A DNA stretch of 64,000 bases from an uncultured delta proteobacterium (GCA_963761335.1 CAVXGR010000021.1:64001-128000); one strand, 5' to 3'; shown: positions 52,516 through 62,666, counted from the stretch's first letter. Made by a program: numbers and translations. The notes: generated by a model not told the origin, from the letters alone.

Positions 52516-55500
52516 ATGCGGCTAACGACCACCTGCGCGTACCTGGGCCTGCTGTTGGCCTTGACTGCCGGCGAGAGCGGGGCAGTCGGATCTTTCGTCA
52601 CCTTCGAGAGCGGCCAGGTGCGGCCGCTGGCGATGTCGCCGGACGGCAACACGCTGTTCGCTGTCAACACTCCGGACGATCGGCTGGAGACCTTCTCCGT
52701 CGATTCTTTTGGCCTGACCCATACGGGGTCGGTGCCGGTCGGCATGGAGCCGGTCGCCGTCGCGGCGCGCACCAATACCGAGGTGTGGGTGGTCAACCAC
52801 CTCTCGGACAGCATCAGCATCGTCGACATGAGCCTGGTTCCGCCGCGGGTGATTCGCACTCTGCTGGTCGGCGACGAGCCGCGCGACATCGTCTTCGCCG
52901 GTGCCGCCCACGACCGCGCCTTCATCACCACGGCGCATCGCGGCCAGAACGATCCCATCGATCCGCAGCTCACCACGCCGGGAGTGGGGCGCGCCGACGT
53001 CTGGGTGTTCGACGCCATCAATCTGGGGCTGTCCCTGGGCGGCGACCCGCTGACCATCATCACGCTCTTCGCCGACACGCCTCGTGCCCTGGCCGTCACC
53101 CCCGACGGCTCCACGGTGTACGCGGCCTCCTTTCTCTCCGGGAACGAAACGACGGCGGTCTCCGAAGGCGCGGTGTGTGACACCAGCGACGCCAACGTCA
53201 ACAATGAGGTGGTGGAGCTCGCTTGCAGCATCCAGGGCGTCACCATGCCCGGCGGGCTGCCGCTGCCGCACCACAACTCCGCCGGCGACCGGGCCCCGGA
53301 GGTCGGGCTGATCGTCAAGTACGACGGCAGCCACTGGGTGGATCAGCTGGGCCGCAGCTGGGACAACGCCGTCAAGTTCTCGCTGCCCGACGAAGACGTC
53401 TTCTCCATCAATGCCAACGCCACCCCTCCAGCGCAGACCGGCTTCTTCACCCATGTCGGCACCATGCTCTTCAACATGGCGGTGAACCCGGTGAACGGAA
53501 AGGTGTACGTGACCAACGGCGAATCGCGCAACGAGGTGCGCTTCGAGGGGCCGGGCATCACCAGCACCACGGTGCAGGGTCACCTGGCCGAGTACCGGAT
53601 CACGGTGCTCGACGGAGCGAACGTGCTGCCGCGCCACCTGAACAAGCAGATCGACTACAACGTTCGCCCGGCGCCGCTGGGGGTGAAGGACGACAGCCTG
53701 GCGACACCGCTGCAGATGGCGATCACCAGCGACGGGCAGACGCTCTACGTCGCCGCCTTCGGCTCGAGCAAGATCGGCATCTTCAACACGGCGCAGCTGG
53801 AGAACGACACCTTCACGCCGAGCGCCGCCAACCACATCCCGGTGAGCGGTGGCGGCCCGAGCGGCATCGTCCTCGACGAGGCGCGGCAGAGGCTCTACGT
53901 CCTTACCCGTTTCGACAACGGCATCGCGGTCATCGACACCGCCACGCACAACGAGATCGACCACCTGTCGCTCTTCAATCCGGAGCCCCCGAGCGTCGTC
54001 AACGGCCGTCCGTTCCTCTACGACGCCTACTTCACCTCCAGCAACGGCGAGGCCTCCTGCTCCAGCTGTCACGTCTTCGGCGACTTCGACAACCTCGCCT
54101 GGGACCTCGGCAATCCCGACGACGTGATGATCCCCAACCCGCTGACCAAGAAGCTGCAGCAGGTGGCGCAGCTCCAGGGGACGAACGTCGATTTCGACAA
54201 CTTTCATCCGATGAAGGGCCCTATGACCACGCAGACGCTGCGCGGGCTCAAGAACCACGGGACCATGCACTGGCGCGGTGACCGCGTGAACCAGAACGGC
54301 AACGTCTACGACTCCGACGTCGCTTTCCGCAACTTTCGCGTCGCCTTCCCCGGCCTGGTCGGCCGCGACTCGCAGATTCCCGAGTCCGACATGCAGGCCT
54401 TCTCCGACTTCGCCCTGCAGATCATTCAGCCGCCCAATCCCATCCGCGCGCTCGACAACTCGTTGACCGCCGACCAGCAGGCGGGCAAGAACTTCATGAC
54501 CGGCAGCCGACGCGCCGATGGCATCTTCGTCGGCGGCGGCACCGGCTTCAACTGCGTGGGCTGCCACGTGCTCGACGCGTCCAACGGATTCTTCGGCACC
54601 AACGGCGACCAGAGCTTCGAGAACGAGACACAGGTTTTCAAGGTCGCGCAGCTGCGCAACATGTACCAGAAGGTGGGCATGTTCGGCATGCCCGGCGTCG
54701 ACTTCTTCAGCAACCATTCGGGGGAGAACAACTTCATGGGGCCGCAGATCCGCGGCTTCGGTTTTCTCCACGACGGCAGCGTCGACACCGTCTTCCGCTT
54801 TCTCCACGCCAGCGTCTTCGACGACGGCGGGACCTTCAACCCGGTCGGCTTCAACGGCGGTGACACGCAGCGGCGGCAGGTCGAGCAGTTCATCCTCGCA
54901 TTCGATTCCGACCTGGCGCCGATCGTCGGCCAGCAGGTGACCCTGACCAGCACCAACGCGGCCGCCGTCTCGGCGCGCATCAGTCTCTTGGAGCAGCGCG
55001 CCGGCGCCGCCTTCGTCCTCAAGGGGATGCCGGGTGCGACCGAGTGCGACCTGGTGGTGAAGGGCGTCGTGGCCGGCGAGATGCGCGGCTGGGTGCGCAC
55101 CGCCGCCGGAACCTTCCAGAGCGACCGCGCCGCCGAGTCTCCGCTGACCGACGCGCAGCTGCGGGCGCTGGCGGCGACGCCCGGAGAGGATCTGACCTTC
55201 ACCGCGGTGCCCCCGGGCTCGGGCGTGCGCACCGGCATTGATCGCGACGAGGACGGTTATCTCGACCGCGACGAGATCGACGCCGGCTCTGATCCCGCCG
55301 ATGCGGCCAGTATCCCGGGCTCGGTCCCCTCACCGACCCCGACGGCGACGACCACGGCAACCGCCACCGCGTCGACGACGATGACCTCGACACCGGTGTT
55401 GACGCCGACGATCACCAGCACGCCGATGGATACCGGAACACCCACCATCACCTCGACGCCGGGGGACACGCCGACCGTGACTCCGCCGCTGCCGACCTCG

Positions 55501-56085
55501 ACGGAGACGGCGAGCCCGACGATCACCGAAACCGGGACGGTGACATCGACGCCGACGGTGACGCCGACGTCGACGCCTCTCGGCGGCTGCAGCAGCGGTT
55601 CGTCGATGCAGCGGGCGGTGCTCAAGGTCCGCAGGGACCGCGACCCGGCTGGTGACGAGAGGCTCGTTCTCCAGGGCGAGGCCACCTTCTCGACTCCGCT
55701 CGATCCGCATGCCGACGGGCTCAGCTTTGCGGTCGCCGGCGCCAGCGGTGATCTCCTCTACAGCCGTACCGTGCCGGCGGGCTTCTGGTCGGTGAACGGC
55801 CGCGGTACTCGCTGGCAGTACAGGGAGCAGACCGGCACTCTGGCCGGCGGCATCGTCAAGGTGATCGTCATCGACAAGAGCAACCGAGCGCCGGGCCTCT
55901 ACAAGTTCAAGATCGTCGGTCGCGACAGCGACTTCCAGATCGACCCGGGGCAGCTGCCGGTTCATTTCGAGGTCAGGCTGGGAGCCGCGGCGAGCCAGTG
56001 TGCCGCGCAGGCGTTCAACCCGGATGGGGCGGCGCGCCCGGCCTGTCGCATCTCGAGAAATCTCAACACGGTCACCTGCCGGTGA
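52516..56085 (+). CDS. Secreted YncE-like beta-propeller / di-heme cytochrome c protein, paralogue 1, with Thr/Pro linker
   Basis: Signal peptide, YVTN repeats, CSSCH and CVGCH heme motifs, TQTLRG, HWRGDR, GFLHDGS. Confidence 0.85.
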   Translation: MRLTTTCAYLGLLLALTAGESGAVGSFVTFESGQVRPLAMSPDGNTLFAVNTPDDRLETFSVDSFGLTHTGSVPVGMEPVAVAARTNTEVWVVNHLSDSISIVDMSLVPPRVIRTLLVGDEPRDIVFAGAAHDRAFITTAHRGQNDPIDPQLTTPGVGRADVWVFDAINLGLSLGGDPLTIITLFADTPRALAVTPDGSTVYAASFLSGNETTAVSEGAVCDTSDANVNNEVVELACSIQGVTMPGGLPLPHHNSAGDRAPEVGLIVKYDGSHWVDQLGRSWDNAVKFSLPDEDVFSINANATPPAQTGFFTHVGTMLFNMAVNPVNGKVYVTNGESRNEVRFEGPGITSTTVQGHLAEYRITVLDGANVLPRHLNKQIDYNVRPAPLGVKDDSLATPLQMAITSDGQTLYVAAFGSSKIGIFNTAQLENDTFTPSAANHIPVSGGGPSGIVLDEARQRLYVLTRFDNGIAVIDTATHNEIDHLSLFNPEPPSVVNGRPFLYDAYFTSSNGEASCSSCHVFGDFDNLAWDLGNPDDVMIPNPLTKKLQQVAQLQGTNVDFDNFHPMKGPMTTQTLRGLKNHGTMHWRGDRVNQNGNVYDSDVAFRNFRVAFPGLVGRDSQIPESDMQAFSDFALQIIQPPNPIRALDNSLTADQQAGKNFMTGSRRADGIFVGGGTGFNCVGCHVLDASNGFFGTNGDQSFENETQVFKVAQLRNMYQKVGMFGMPGVDFFSNHSGENNFMGPQIRGFGFLHDGSVDTVFRFLHASVFDDGGTFNPVGFNGGDTQRRQVEQFILAFDSDLAPIVGQQVTLTSTNAAAVSARISLLEQRAGAAFVLKGMPGATECDLVVKGVVAGEMRGWVRTAAGTFQSDRAAESPLTDAQLRALAATPGEDLTFTAVPPGSGVRTGIDRDEDGYLDRDEIDAGSDPADAASIPGSVPSPTPTATTTATATASTTMTSTPVLTPTITSTPMDTGTPTITSTPGDTPTVTPPLPTSTETASPTITETGTVTSTPTVTPTSTPLGGCSSGSSMQRAVLKVRRDRDPAGDERLVLQGEATFSTPLDPHADGLSFAVAGASGDLLYSRTVPAGFWSVNGRGTRWQYREQTGTLAGGIVKVIVIDKSNRAPGLYKFKIVGRDSDFQIDPGQLPVHFEVRLGAAASQCAAQAFNPDGAARPACRISRNLNTVTCR

Positions 56086-56107
56086 CCGGAAGGACATAGG
56101 ATAGCCG

Positions 56108-59100
56108 ATGCGCGTTTTCCCTTGGCGGAAGCTTCTGCTGGCGCTGACGATACTCGGGCTGGGCGCGGCGATTCCCGCCGGTGCGCAGTCGTTCGTCACC
56201 TTCGAGAGCGGCCAGGTGCGGCCGCTGGCCCTCTCCCCGAACGGGAGCCAGCTGCTCGCCGTCGATACACCCGACAACACCCTGGAGACCTTCGACGTCG
56301 CCCCCGGAGGGGTGACGCACGCCGGCTCGATCCCGGTCGGGCTCGAGCCGGTCGCCGTGGCCTTCCGCGGCGATACCGAGGCGTGGGTGGTGAATCACCT
56401 CTCCGACAGCGTCAGCATCGTCGACCTGTCGCTGACCCCGCCGCGGGTCGTGCGCACCCTGCTGGTCGGCGACGAGCCGCGCGACATCGTCTTTGCCGGG
56501 CCGGGCGGCAACCGCGCCTTCATCACCACGGCGCATCGCGGACAGAACAGCCCCATCGATCCGCAGCTGACGACCGAGGGTGTCGGTCGGGCCGATGTCT
56601 GGGTCTTCGACGCCACGGCGCTCGGCTCCTCACTCGGCGGCGACCCGCTCACCATCGTCACCCTCTTCGGCGACACGCCGCGGGCGCTGACGGTGAGCCC
56701 CGACGGCAACACGGTGTACGCCGCCATCTTCGAATCCGGAAACCAGACGACCTCCGTCTCCGAAGGCGCCGTGTGCAACACCAGCGCGACGCGCATCAAT
56801 AACGGCACCGTCCAGCCGGCGTGCAGCATCTTCGGCGTGACCATGCCGGGAGGCCTGCCGCTGCCGCACAAGAACATCGAGGGCATTGCCGCGCCGGAGA
56901 CCGGCCTGATCGTCAAGTACGACCCGACGCTCAGCCGCTGGAACGACAACATCGGCCGCAACTGGAACAACGCCGTCGACTTCTCGCTGCCCGACGACGA
57001 CGTGTTCACCATCGACGCCAGCGCCGCGACGCCGGTGGAGACGGGCGCCTTTCCCCACGTCGGCACCATCCTGTTCAACATGATCGCCAACCCGGTCACC
57101 GGCAACGTCTACGTCACCAACACCGACGCCCGCAACGAGGTGCGCTTCGAGGGCACCGGCATCCTCGGCGGCAGCAGCGTCCGCGGTCATCTGCACGAGG
57201 CGCGGGTCACCGTGCTCGACATCGCCCACGGCGGCGTGGTGGTGCCCCGGCATCTCAACAAGCAAATCAACTACGCCGTGGTGCCCAGCCCCCCCGGGGT
57301 GAAGGAGCTGAGCCTGGCGACACCGATGGGGCTGGCCATCGACAGCGCCGGCGCCACGCTGTACGTGGCCGCCTTCGGCTCCAGCAAGATCGGCGTCTAC
57401 GACGTCTCCAGCCTGGAGGATGACAGCTTCGATCCGGCGACCGTGCCGCAGATCTCGGTCAGCGGTGGCGGGCCGTCCGGTCTCATCCTGGACGAGGCCA
57501 ACGGCCGACTGTACGCGCTGACCCGCTTCAACGACGCGGTCGCGGTGATCGACACCGGCAGCAAGCTCGAGATCGACAGCCTGCCGCTGCACAACCCGGA
57601 GCCGCCCTCGGTGGTGCAGGGGCGACCGTTCCTCTACGACGCCGAGCTCACCTCGAGCAACGGCGAGGCCTCCTGCGGCGGCTGCCACGTGTTCGGCGAC
57701 TTCGACAGCCTGGCCTGGGACCTCGGCGACCCCGACAGCAACGTCATCACCAACGTCAACCCCTTTCGGGTCGCGCAGCCGCCCGCGGGGTTGCCGGTCA
57801 TCCAGTCGTTCCCCGATCACCATCCGATGAAGGGGCCGATGACGACACAGAGCCTGCGCGGCCTCGCCAACGCCGGCCCGATGCACTGGCGGGGGGACCG
57901 CTCCGGCGGCAACGATCCGGGCGGAGATCCGCTGGACGAGGACGCCGCCTTCAAGCACTTCAACGTCGCCTTTGCCGGCCTGCTGGGGCGCAGCGGTCCG
58001 CTGACCGCCGACGAGATGCAGAAGTTCACCGACTTCGCCCTGCAGATCACCTACCCGCCCAACCCGATTCGGGCTCTCGACAACTCACTTACCCCGGACG
58101 AGCAGGCGGGTCGCGACTTCTTCATGCACCCCCCTTCGCAGCCGTCGGACGTGTTCCAACCCTGCCATGGCTGCCACCAGCTCGATCCGGCGCAGGGCTT
58201 CTTCGGCACCGACGGGTTCTCCAGCTTCGAGAACGAGCCGCAGCAGCTCAAGATCGCGCATCTGCGCAACGCCTACCAGAAGGTCGGCATGTTCGGCATG
58301 CCCGATGTGGCATTCTTCAATCAGAGGACGACCGGGTTTCTCGGACCCCAGGTCCGCGGCTTCGGATTCCTGCACGACGGCAGCGTCGATACCGTCTTTC
58401 GCTTCCTCAACGCCGTCGTCTTCAACCAGCACCAGTTCGTCATCAATCTCGGCGGCTTTCCCGACGGTCCGAGCGGCGGCGATCCGTCGGCGGGGGACCC
58501 GCTGCGGCGCCAGGTGGAGTCGTTCATCCTCGCCTTCGACAGCAACCTCAAGCCGATCGTCGGACAGCAGATCACGTTGACCGACACCAACGCGGCCACG
58601 GTAGGAGCGCGCATCGACCTGCTCTTGACGGGCGCCGCGGCCGGCGACTGCGACGTCGCCGTAAAGGGGGTCGTCAACGGCGCGCAGCGCGGCTGGTACC
58701 GCCTCGCCGACGGCAGCTTCCAGAGCGATCGCGCTGCGGAGGCGCCGATCACCGACACGCAGCTGCGCCTGCTGGCGGCCACCCCGGGCCAGGACCTCAC
58801 CTACACCGCGGTTCCGGTGGGCTCCGGCCAGCGCATCGGCGTGAATCGCGACGGCGACTGTGCCTTCGATGGCGACGAGATCGACAGCGGTACCAATCCG
58901 GCGAGCGGCGTCGCGGTGATCATGTCGAAGCCGAAGCTGCGGGTGGCCCGCGACCTGGCACCGGCCGGAGACGAGAGGTTCGCCCTCAGAGGCAATCTGG
59001 AGCTGTGCAACGCCTCGGTCACGGTCGATCCGCTCACCGACGGCTTCAGCTTCACCGTCTCCGACAGCAGCGGCACGCCGATCTTCACGCGCGTCATCCC

Positions 59101-59446
59101 GCCGGGCGCGGCGCCGACTTCGCACGATCCGGGCTGGAAGGTGAATGGGAAGGGCACGCGTTGGGTCTTCAAGGACAAGACCGGCCTCGTCGCCGGCGGC
59201 GTCGTCCGCGTCGTCGTCATCGACAAGACGGCCCACCAGCCCGGACTCTACAAGATCAAGGTGGTCGGCAAGCGGGGCAACTTCCAGGTCGACCCGAACG
59301 ATCTGCCGCTGCGCGCCACCGCTGTCGTCGACACCGTCGATCCCTGCCTGAGCAAGCTCTGCGGCCAGGTCGCCTTCAACGCCGATGGCCAGCCGCGCCC
59401 GGCGTGCGCCGCCAAGAACGGAGGCAAGACGATCCTCTGCCGGTGA
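56108..59446 (+). CDS. Secreted YncE-like beta-propeller / di-heme cytochrome c protein, paralogue 2
   Basis: Same architecture as paralogue 1, with CGGCH and CHGCH; colinear with it. Confidence 0.85.
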   Translation: MRVFPWRKLLLALTILGLGAAIPAGAQSFVTFESGQVRPLALSPNGSQLLAVDTPDNTLETFDVAPGGVTHAGSIPVGLEPVAVAFRGDTEAWVVNHLSDSVSIVDLSLTPPRVVRTLLVGDEPRDIVFAGPGGNRAFITTAHRGQNSPIDPQLTTEGVGRADVWVFDATALGSSLGGDPLTIVTLFGDTPRALTVSPDGNTVYAAIFESGNQTTSVSEGAVCNTSATRINNGTVQPACSIFGVTMPGGLPLPHKNIEGIAAPETGLIVKYDPTLSRWNDNIGRNWNNAVDFSLPDDDVFTIDASAATPVETGAFPHVGTILFNMIANPVTGNVYVTNTDARNEVRFEGTGILGGSSVRGHLHEARVTVLDIAHGGVVVPRHLNKQINYAVVPSPPGVKELSLATPMGLAIDSAGATLYVAAFGSSKIGVYDVSSLEDDSFDPATVPQISVSGGGPSGLILDEANGRLYALTRFNDAVAVIDTGSKLEIDSLPLHNPEPPSVVQGRPFLYDAELTSSNGEASCGGCHVFGDFDSLAWDLGDPDSNVITNVNPFRVAQPPAGLPVIQSFPDHHPMKGPMTTQSLRGLANAGPMHWRGDRSGGNDPGGDPLDEDAAFKHFNVAFAGLLGRSGPLTADEMQKFTDFALQITYPPNPIRALDNSLTPDEQAGRDFFMHPPSQPSDVFQPCHGCHQLDPAQGFFGTDGFSSFENEPQQLKIAHLRNAYQKVGMFGMPDVAFFNQRTTGFLGPQVRGFGFLHDGSVDTVFRFLNAVVFNQHQFVINLGGFPDGPSGGDPSAGDPLRRQVESFILAFDSNLKPIVGQQITLTDTNAATVGARIDLLLTGAAAGDCDVAVKGVVNGAQRGWYRLADGSFQSDRAAEAPITDTQLRLLAATPGQDLTYTAVPVGSGQRIGVNRDGDCAFDGDEIDSGTNPASGVAVIMSKPKLRVARDLAPAGDERFALRGNLELCNASVTVDPLTDGFSFTVSDSSGTPIFTRVIPPGAAPTSHDPGWKVNGKGTRWVFKDKTGLVAGGVVRVVVIDKTAHQPGLYKIKVVGKRGNFQVDPNDLPLRATAVVDTVDPCLSKLCGQVAFNADGQPRPACAAKNGGKTILCR

Positions 59447-59450
59447 AGTG

Positions 59451-59804
59451 GTAGCTCCGGGCTCGGTCTTCGCCCCGGGGCTACACGCCCGCGCCCCTCC
59501 GGGGCGGATGATCGGGGCTTGCCGGAACGTCTTCCCCGGGTCGCACCGGGGGAAGGTTCAACGCGAGGAACCGGCGCGTCTTGGGGATCGCGCCGCGGAG
59601 CGGCGCGGGCATGTAGCCCCGGGTGACAGAGGCTGTCCCAAAACCAGAGTAGAAGCGCCATCCCGGCGCTTTCCGAAGCGGCGAGACGCCGCTTCTACCT
59701 TGGCCCGCGGGCCGGCGGAATCGTTTTGCCCGGGTTCTGAGACAGCCTCGACAACCCGGGAGAAGGGCGTCGGCCTTGCCCGATGCGCCCCACAGGGCGC
59801 GGGG
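59451..59804. repeat. Family B REP cluster containing an inserted MITE
   Basis: CCCCGGGGCTACACGCCCGCGCCCCTCCGGGGCG and ATGTAGCCCCGGGTGACA…ACCCGGG match the 44580-44847 units. Confidence 0.75.
59629..59749. mobile_element. 121-bp MITE with TIRs and a 4-bp target-site duplication (GACA), carrying REP family A copy 3
   Basis: GACA|GAGGCTGTCCCAAAACC … GGTTCTGAGACAGCCTC|GACA. Confidence 0.8.
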
Positions 59805-59825
59805 CCCTTTCGAACAGCCCGTGTC

Positions 59826-60245
59826 TTACTGCCAGCCGATGGGGTCGTAGCCGCGTTCGCGCAGGCAGCGTTCGACGAAGTTGCGGTAGACCGGGCTGGG
59901 CTCGTGGGTCTTGAAGAGGCCGCCGAGCAATCCGGCGGTCGCGCCCGAGGCGGCGCCGACCGCGGCGCCGCGACCGGCATCGCCGGTAACCGCGCCGCCG
60001 GCGGCCCCGATCGCCGCGCCAGCCCCAGCTCCCACCGCCGTGCCCGTGGCGACCTCCGCCGCCTGGCCGCCGCCGGCGGAGACGAACTGCTCGGCGCGGC
60101 GCATGCAGTCGTCGATGTCGCGCTCGGCCGTGGCGTTGCCGACGCGGTCGAGCTGGGCGTTGGGGTAGAGCACCGGACGCTGCGCCGAGCAGCCCGCGAG
60201 GAGACCGCCGGCGAGCAGAAGAGGGAGAAGCGTGCGTGATCTCAT
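59826..60245 (-). CDS. Glycine-zipper lipoprotein
   Basis: Lipobox LAGC, a GxxxG zipper and C-terminal CLRERGY. Confidence 0.8.
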   Translation of the reverse strand: MRSRTLLPLLLAGGLLAGCSAQRPVLYPNAQLDRVGNATAERDIDDCMRRAEQFVSAGGGQAAEVATGTAVGAGAGAAIGAAGGAVTGDAGRGAAVGAASGATAGLLGGLFKTHEPSPVYRNFVERCLRERGYDPIGWQ

Positions 60246-60336
60246 ATGATCAATCATACCGGATTGATCTGCCCAAGCGACGTGCATGCGGATGCCGTTT
60301 GGTATCGACGTGCCGGTGCGCGATCTCCATCGCCGC

Positions 60337-61104
60337 CTAGCGCGGCGGCATGCGGATGGCGCCGTCGAGGCGGATGGTCTCGCCGTTCAGGTAGGCGTTC
60401 TCGACGATGTGGCGCGCCAGCGCCGCGAACTCCGCCGGCTGGCCGAGGCGCGAGGGGAAGGGGATGTTGGCGGCGAGGGCCTGGCGTTGCGGGTCCGGTA
60501 GCATGGCCAGCATGGGCGTGTCGAAGGTGCCCGGTGCGATGGTCATGATGCGGATGCCGAGCGAGGCGAGATCGCGGGCGATGGGCAGGGTCATGGCGAC
60601 CACGCCGCCCTTGGAGGCGGAGTACGCCGCCTGGCCGATCTGCCCGTCGAAAGCGGCCGCCGAGGCGGTGTTGATGATGACGCCGCGCTCGCCGCCGTCG
60701 TTGGGAGCGTTCTTGGCCATCTGCGCCGCCGCCAGGCGGGTGACGTTGAAGGTGCCGATGAGGTTGATCTCGATCACCTTGGTGAAGATCTCCAGGGGCA
60801 TCGGCCCCTGCTTGCTCACCGTGCGCATGGCGGCGCCGACGCCGGCGCAGTTCACGGCGACGTGGACGGTGCCGAAGCGCTCGGCGGCCTTGCCGACGGC
60901 GGCCTCCACCTCGGCGGCGTTGGTGACGTCCGCGGGCGTGAACAGGCCGAGGTCGCCGAGCGACTTGGCCACCTCCTCGCCATTGGACTGCGGCCGGTCG
61001 ACGATCACCGCCCGCGCCCCGCCGGCGACCAGGGTGCGCACCGTCGCCTCTCCCAGTCCGGAGGCGCCACCGGTCACCAGGGCGACGATCCCTTCGAGCT
61101 TCAT
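60337..61104 (-). CDS. 3-hydroxyacyl-CoA dehydrogenase type II (SDR)
   Basis: [27 protein letters not shown] and [22 protein letters not shown]. Confidence 0.9.
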   Translation of the reverse strand: MKLEGIVALVTGGASGLGEATVRTLVAGGARAVIVDRPQSNGEEVAKSLGDLGLFTPADVTNAAEVEAAVGKAAERFGTVHVAVNCAGVGAAMRTVSKQGPMPLEIFTKVIEINLIGTFNVTRLAAAQMAKNAPNDGGERGVIINTASAAAFDGQIGQAAYSASKGGVVAMTLPIARDLASLGIRIMTIAPGTFDTPMLAMLPDPQRQALAANIPFPSRLGQPAEFAALARHIVENAYLNGETIRLDGAIRMPPR

Positions 61105-61150
61105 GTGCAATCCTCCTCGTGTGCGAAATCGGGAGCCAGCGGCCCGCGAA

Positions 61151-62287
61151 TCAGCTTTTCAAGTCGTACAGCTCGATGCAGTTTCCGGCGAGGATGGCGC
61201 CGCGTTCCCCGGCATCGACTCCCTGGAACATCTCGTCGATCACCTTGCGGGAGTAGGGCCAGTCGGCGCCGTGGTGCGGGTAGTCGGTCGACCACATCAT
61301 GTTGCCAACGCCGATGGCGTGGCGGTTGCGCACGCCGTAGAAGTCGATGATGAAGGTGGCCATCCAGTTGCGGCGGAAGTACTCGCTGGGAACGCGCTGC
61401 AGCGTGCTCTTCGCCCAGGAGCGATTGCGCCAGTAGCGGTCGTCCATCTGCTCGAGGAAGTACGGGATCCAGCCGGCGCCGCACTCCACGCCCACCATCC
61501 GCAGGCTCGGAAACTTGTCGAACAGTCCCCAGAAGATGGTCTCGCCGATGATCAGCGGCATGGTGGTGAGCCCGGCGGCGCTGAAGCCGGTGAGCGCCGC
61601 CTTGCCGACGCGGGCGATGCTGCCGATCTTTTCCTGCTGCTGGCCGCGGTGCACGAGGCTGATGTGGACGCTGACGGGAATGCCGAGGCGCTCGGCCTCG
61701 GTCCAGAAGGGATCGCAGTCGTCGTCGAGGAAGGGCTTTCCCGAGGGCCAGCTGGAGATCACCACGCCGCGGAGACCCAGGTCGCGGCAGCGCTTCATCT
61801 CCGCCACCGCGGTGTCGACGCCGAGGTTCGGAATCTGACCCTGCCCGACGAAATGCTGCGGCGCCTTGGCGACGAAGTCCTTGGCGAGCCAGTCGTTGTA
61901 GGCCTGCACCCCGGCGAGGTGGAAGTCCTTGTCCTCGTCCAGCATGAAGTGGCGCATGGTGCGCTGCGGCGGGTAGATCACCTCCGCCTGGATGCCGTCC
62001 TCCTGCATTTCCTTGACGCGCGCCAGCGCCTCGAAGCACCCCTGGTTGATGGTGTCGTAGCGCGAGCCGCCCCAGCGCAGCTGGTCATAGCTCTTGCCCG
62101 GGGTCTTGGTCACCAGACCGATGGTCGCCGGCTTGCCGCCGTCGTGAAAGTCCCAGGCGTCGCCGCCCTCGTCGTCTTTGACCAGCTTTGGAGCCCGCTT
62201 CTGGAACTCCGAAGCGAGCCATTTCTCCCACAGATCGGGTGGCTCGACGATGTGCGAGTCGGCGGAGACGATCTCGTAGCGCTGCAT
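61151..62287 (-). CDS. Amidohydrolase_2 family protein
   Basis: SADSHIVEP and MWSTDYPH motifs; AAGGAGG RBS. Confidence 0.9.
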   Translation of the reverse strand: MQRYEIVSADSHIVEPPDLWEKWLASEFQKRAPKLVKDDEGGDAWDFHDGGKPATIGLVTKTPGKSYDQLRWGGSRYDTINQGCFEALARVKEMQEDGIQAEVIYPPQRTMRHFMLDEDKDFHLAGVQAYNDWLAKDFVAKAPQHFVGQGQIPNLGVDTAVAEMKRCRDLGLRGVVISSWPSGKPFLDDDCDPFWTEAERLGIPVSVHISLVHRGQQQEKIGSIARVGKAALTGFSAAGLTTMPLIIGETIFWGLFDKFPSLRMVGVECGAGWIPYFLEQMDDRYWRNRSWAKSTLQRVPSEYFRRNWMATFIIDFYGVRNRHAIGVGNMMWSTDYPHHGADWPYSRKVIDEMFQGVDAGERGAILAGNCIELYDLKS

Positions 62288-62305
62288 TGGGGCGGACCTC
62301 CTTCT

Positions 62306-62323
62306 GGTTAACGATCGTTAACC
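62306..62323. promoter_or_regulatory. Perfect 18-bp palindrome, putative repressor operator
   Basis: GGTTAACGATCGTTAACC lies immediately upstream of the amidohydrolase RBS. Confidence 0.65.
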
Positions 62324-62374
62324 TCGTACCAGACGGGCAGACCGGTCGTCAAGCGGGTCCTGGGGGGCCGGGCA

Positions 62375-62622
62375 GGGGGTGAACCGCAGAGGCGCGGAGG
62401 ACGCAGAGGGAAGAGGGACCGCCAAGGCGCCGAGGACGCCAAGAGAAGATCGCCAAGGGGAAAAGGGGCCGGGCCACTCCAGACGCTCCTGCCGGATAAC
62501 AGGTCTTTGCCGATCACAGCGAGTGGCCCGGCCCCTTTTCCTCTCGGTGTCCTTTCTTTGCGTCTTGGTGCCTTGGCGGTTTCTCTTCTCTGCGCTCTCT
62601 GCGCCTCTGCGGTTCGTCCCCC
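62375..62622. repeat. Long nested inverted repeat (arms of about 100 bp)
   Basis: The arms contain ACCGCAGAG 9-mers, ACCGCCAAG 9-mers and an inner perfect GGAAAAGGGGCCGGGCCACTC/GAGTGGCCCGGCCCCTTTTCC stem. Confidence 0.85.
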
Positions 62623-62666
62623 GCCCCGGGTTTCCACCCGCCTGACAACTGTGTTACCGAGGTTCG

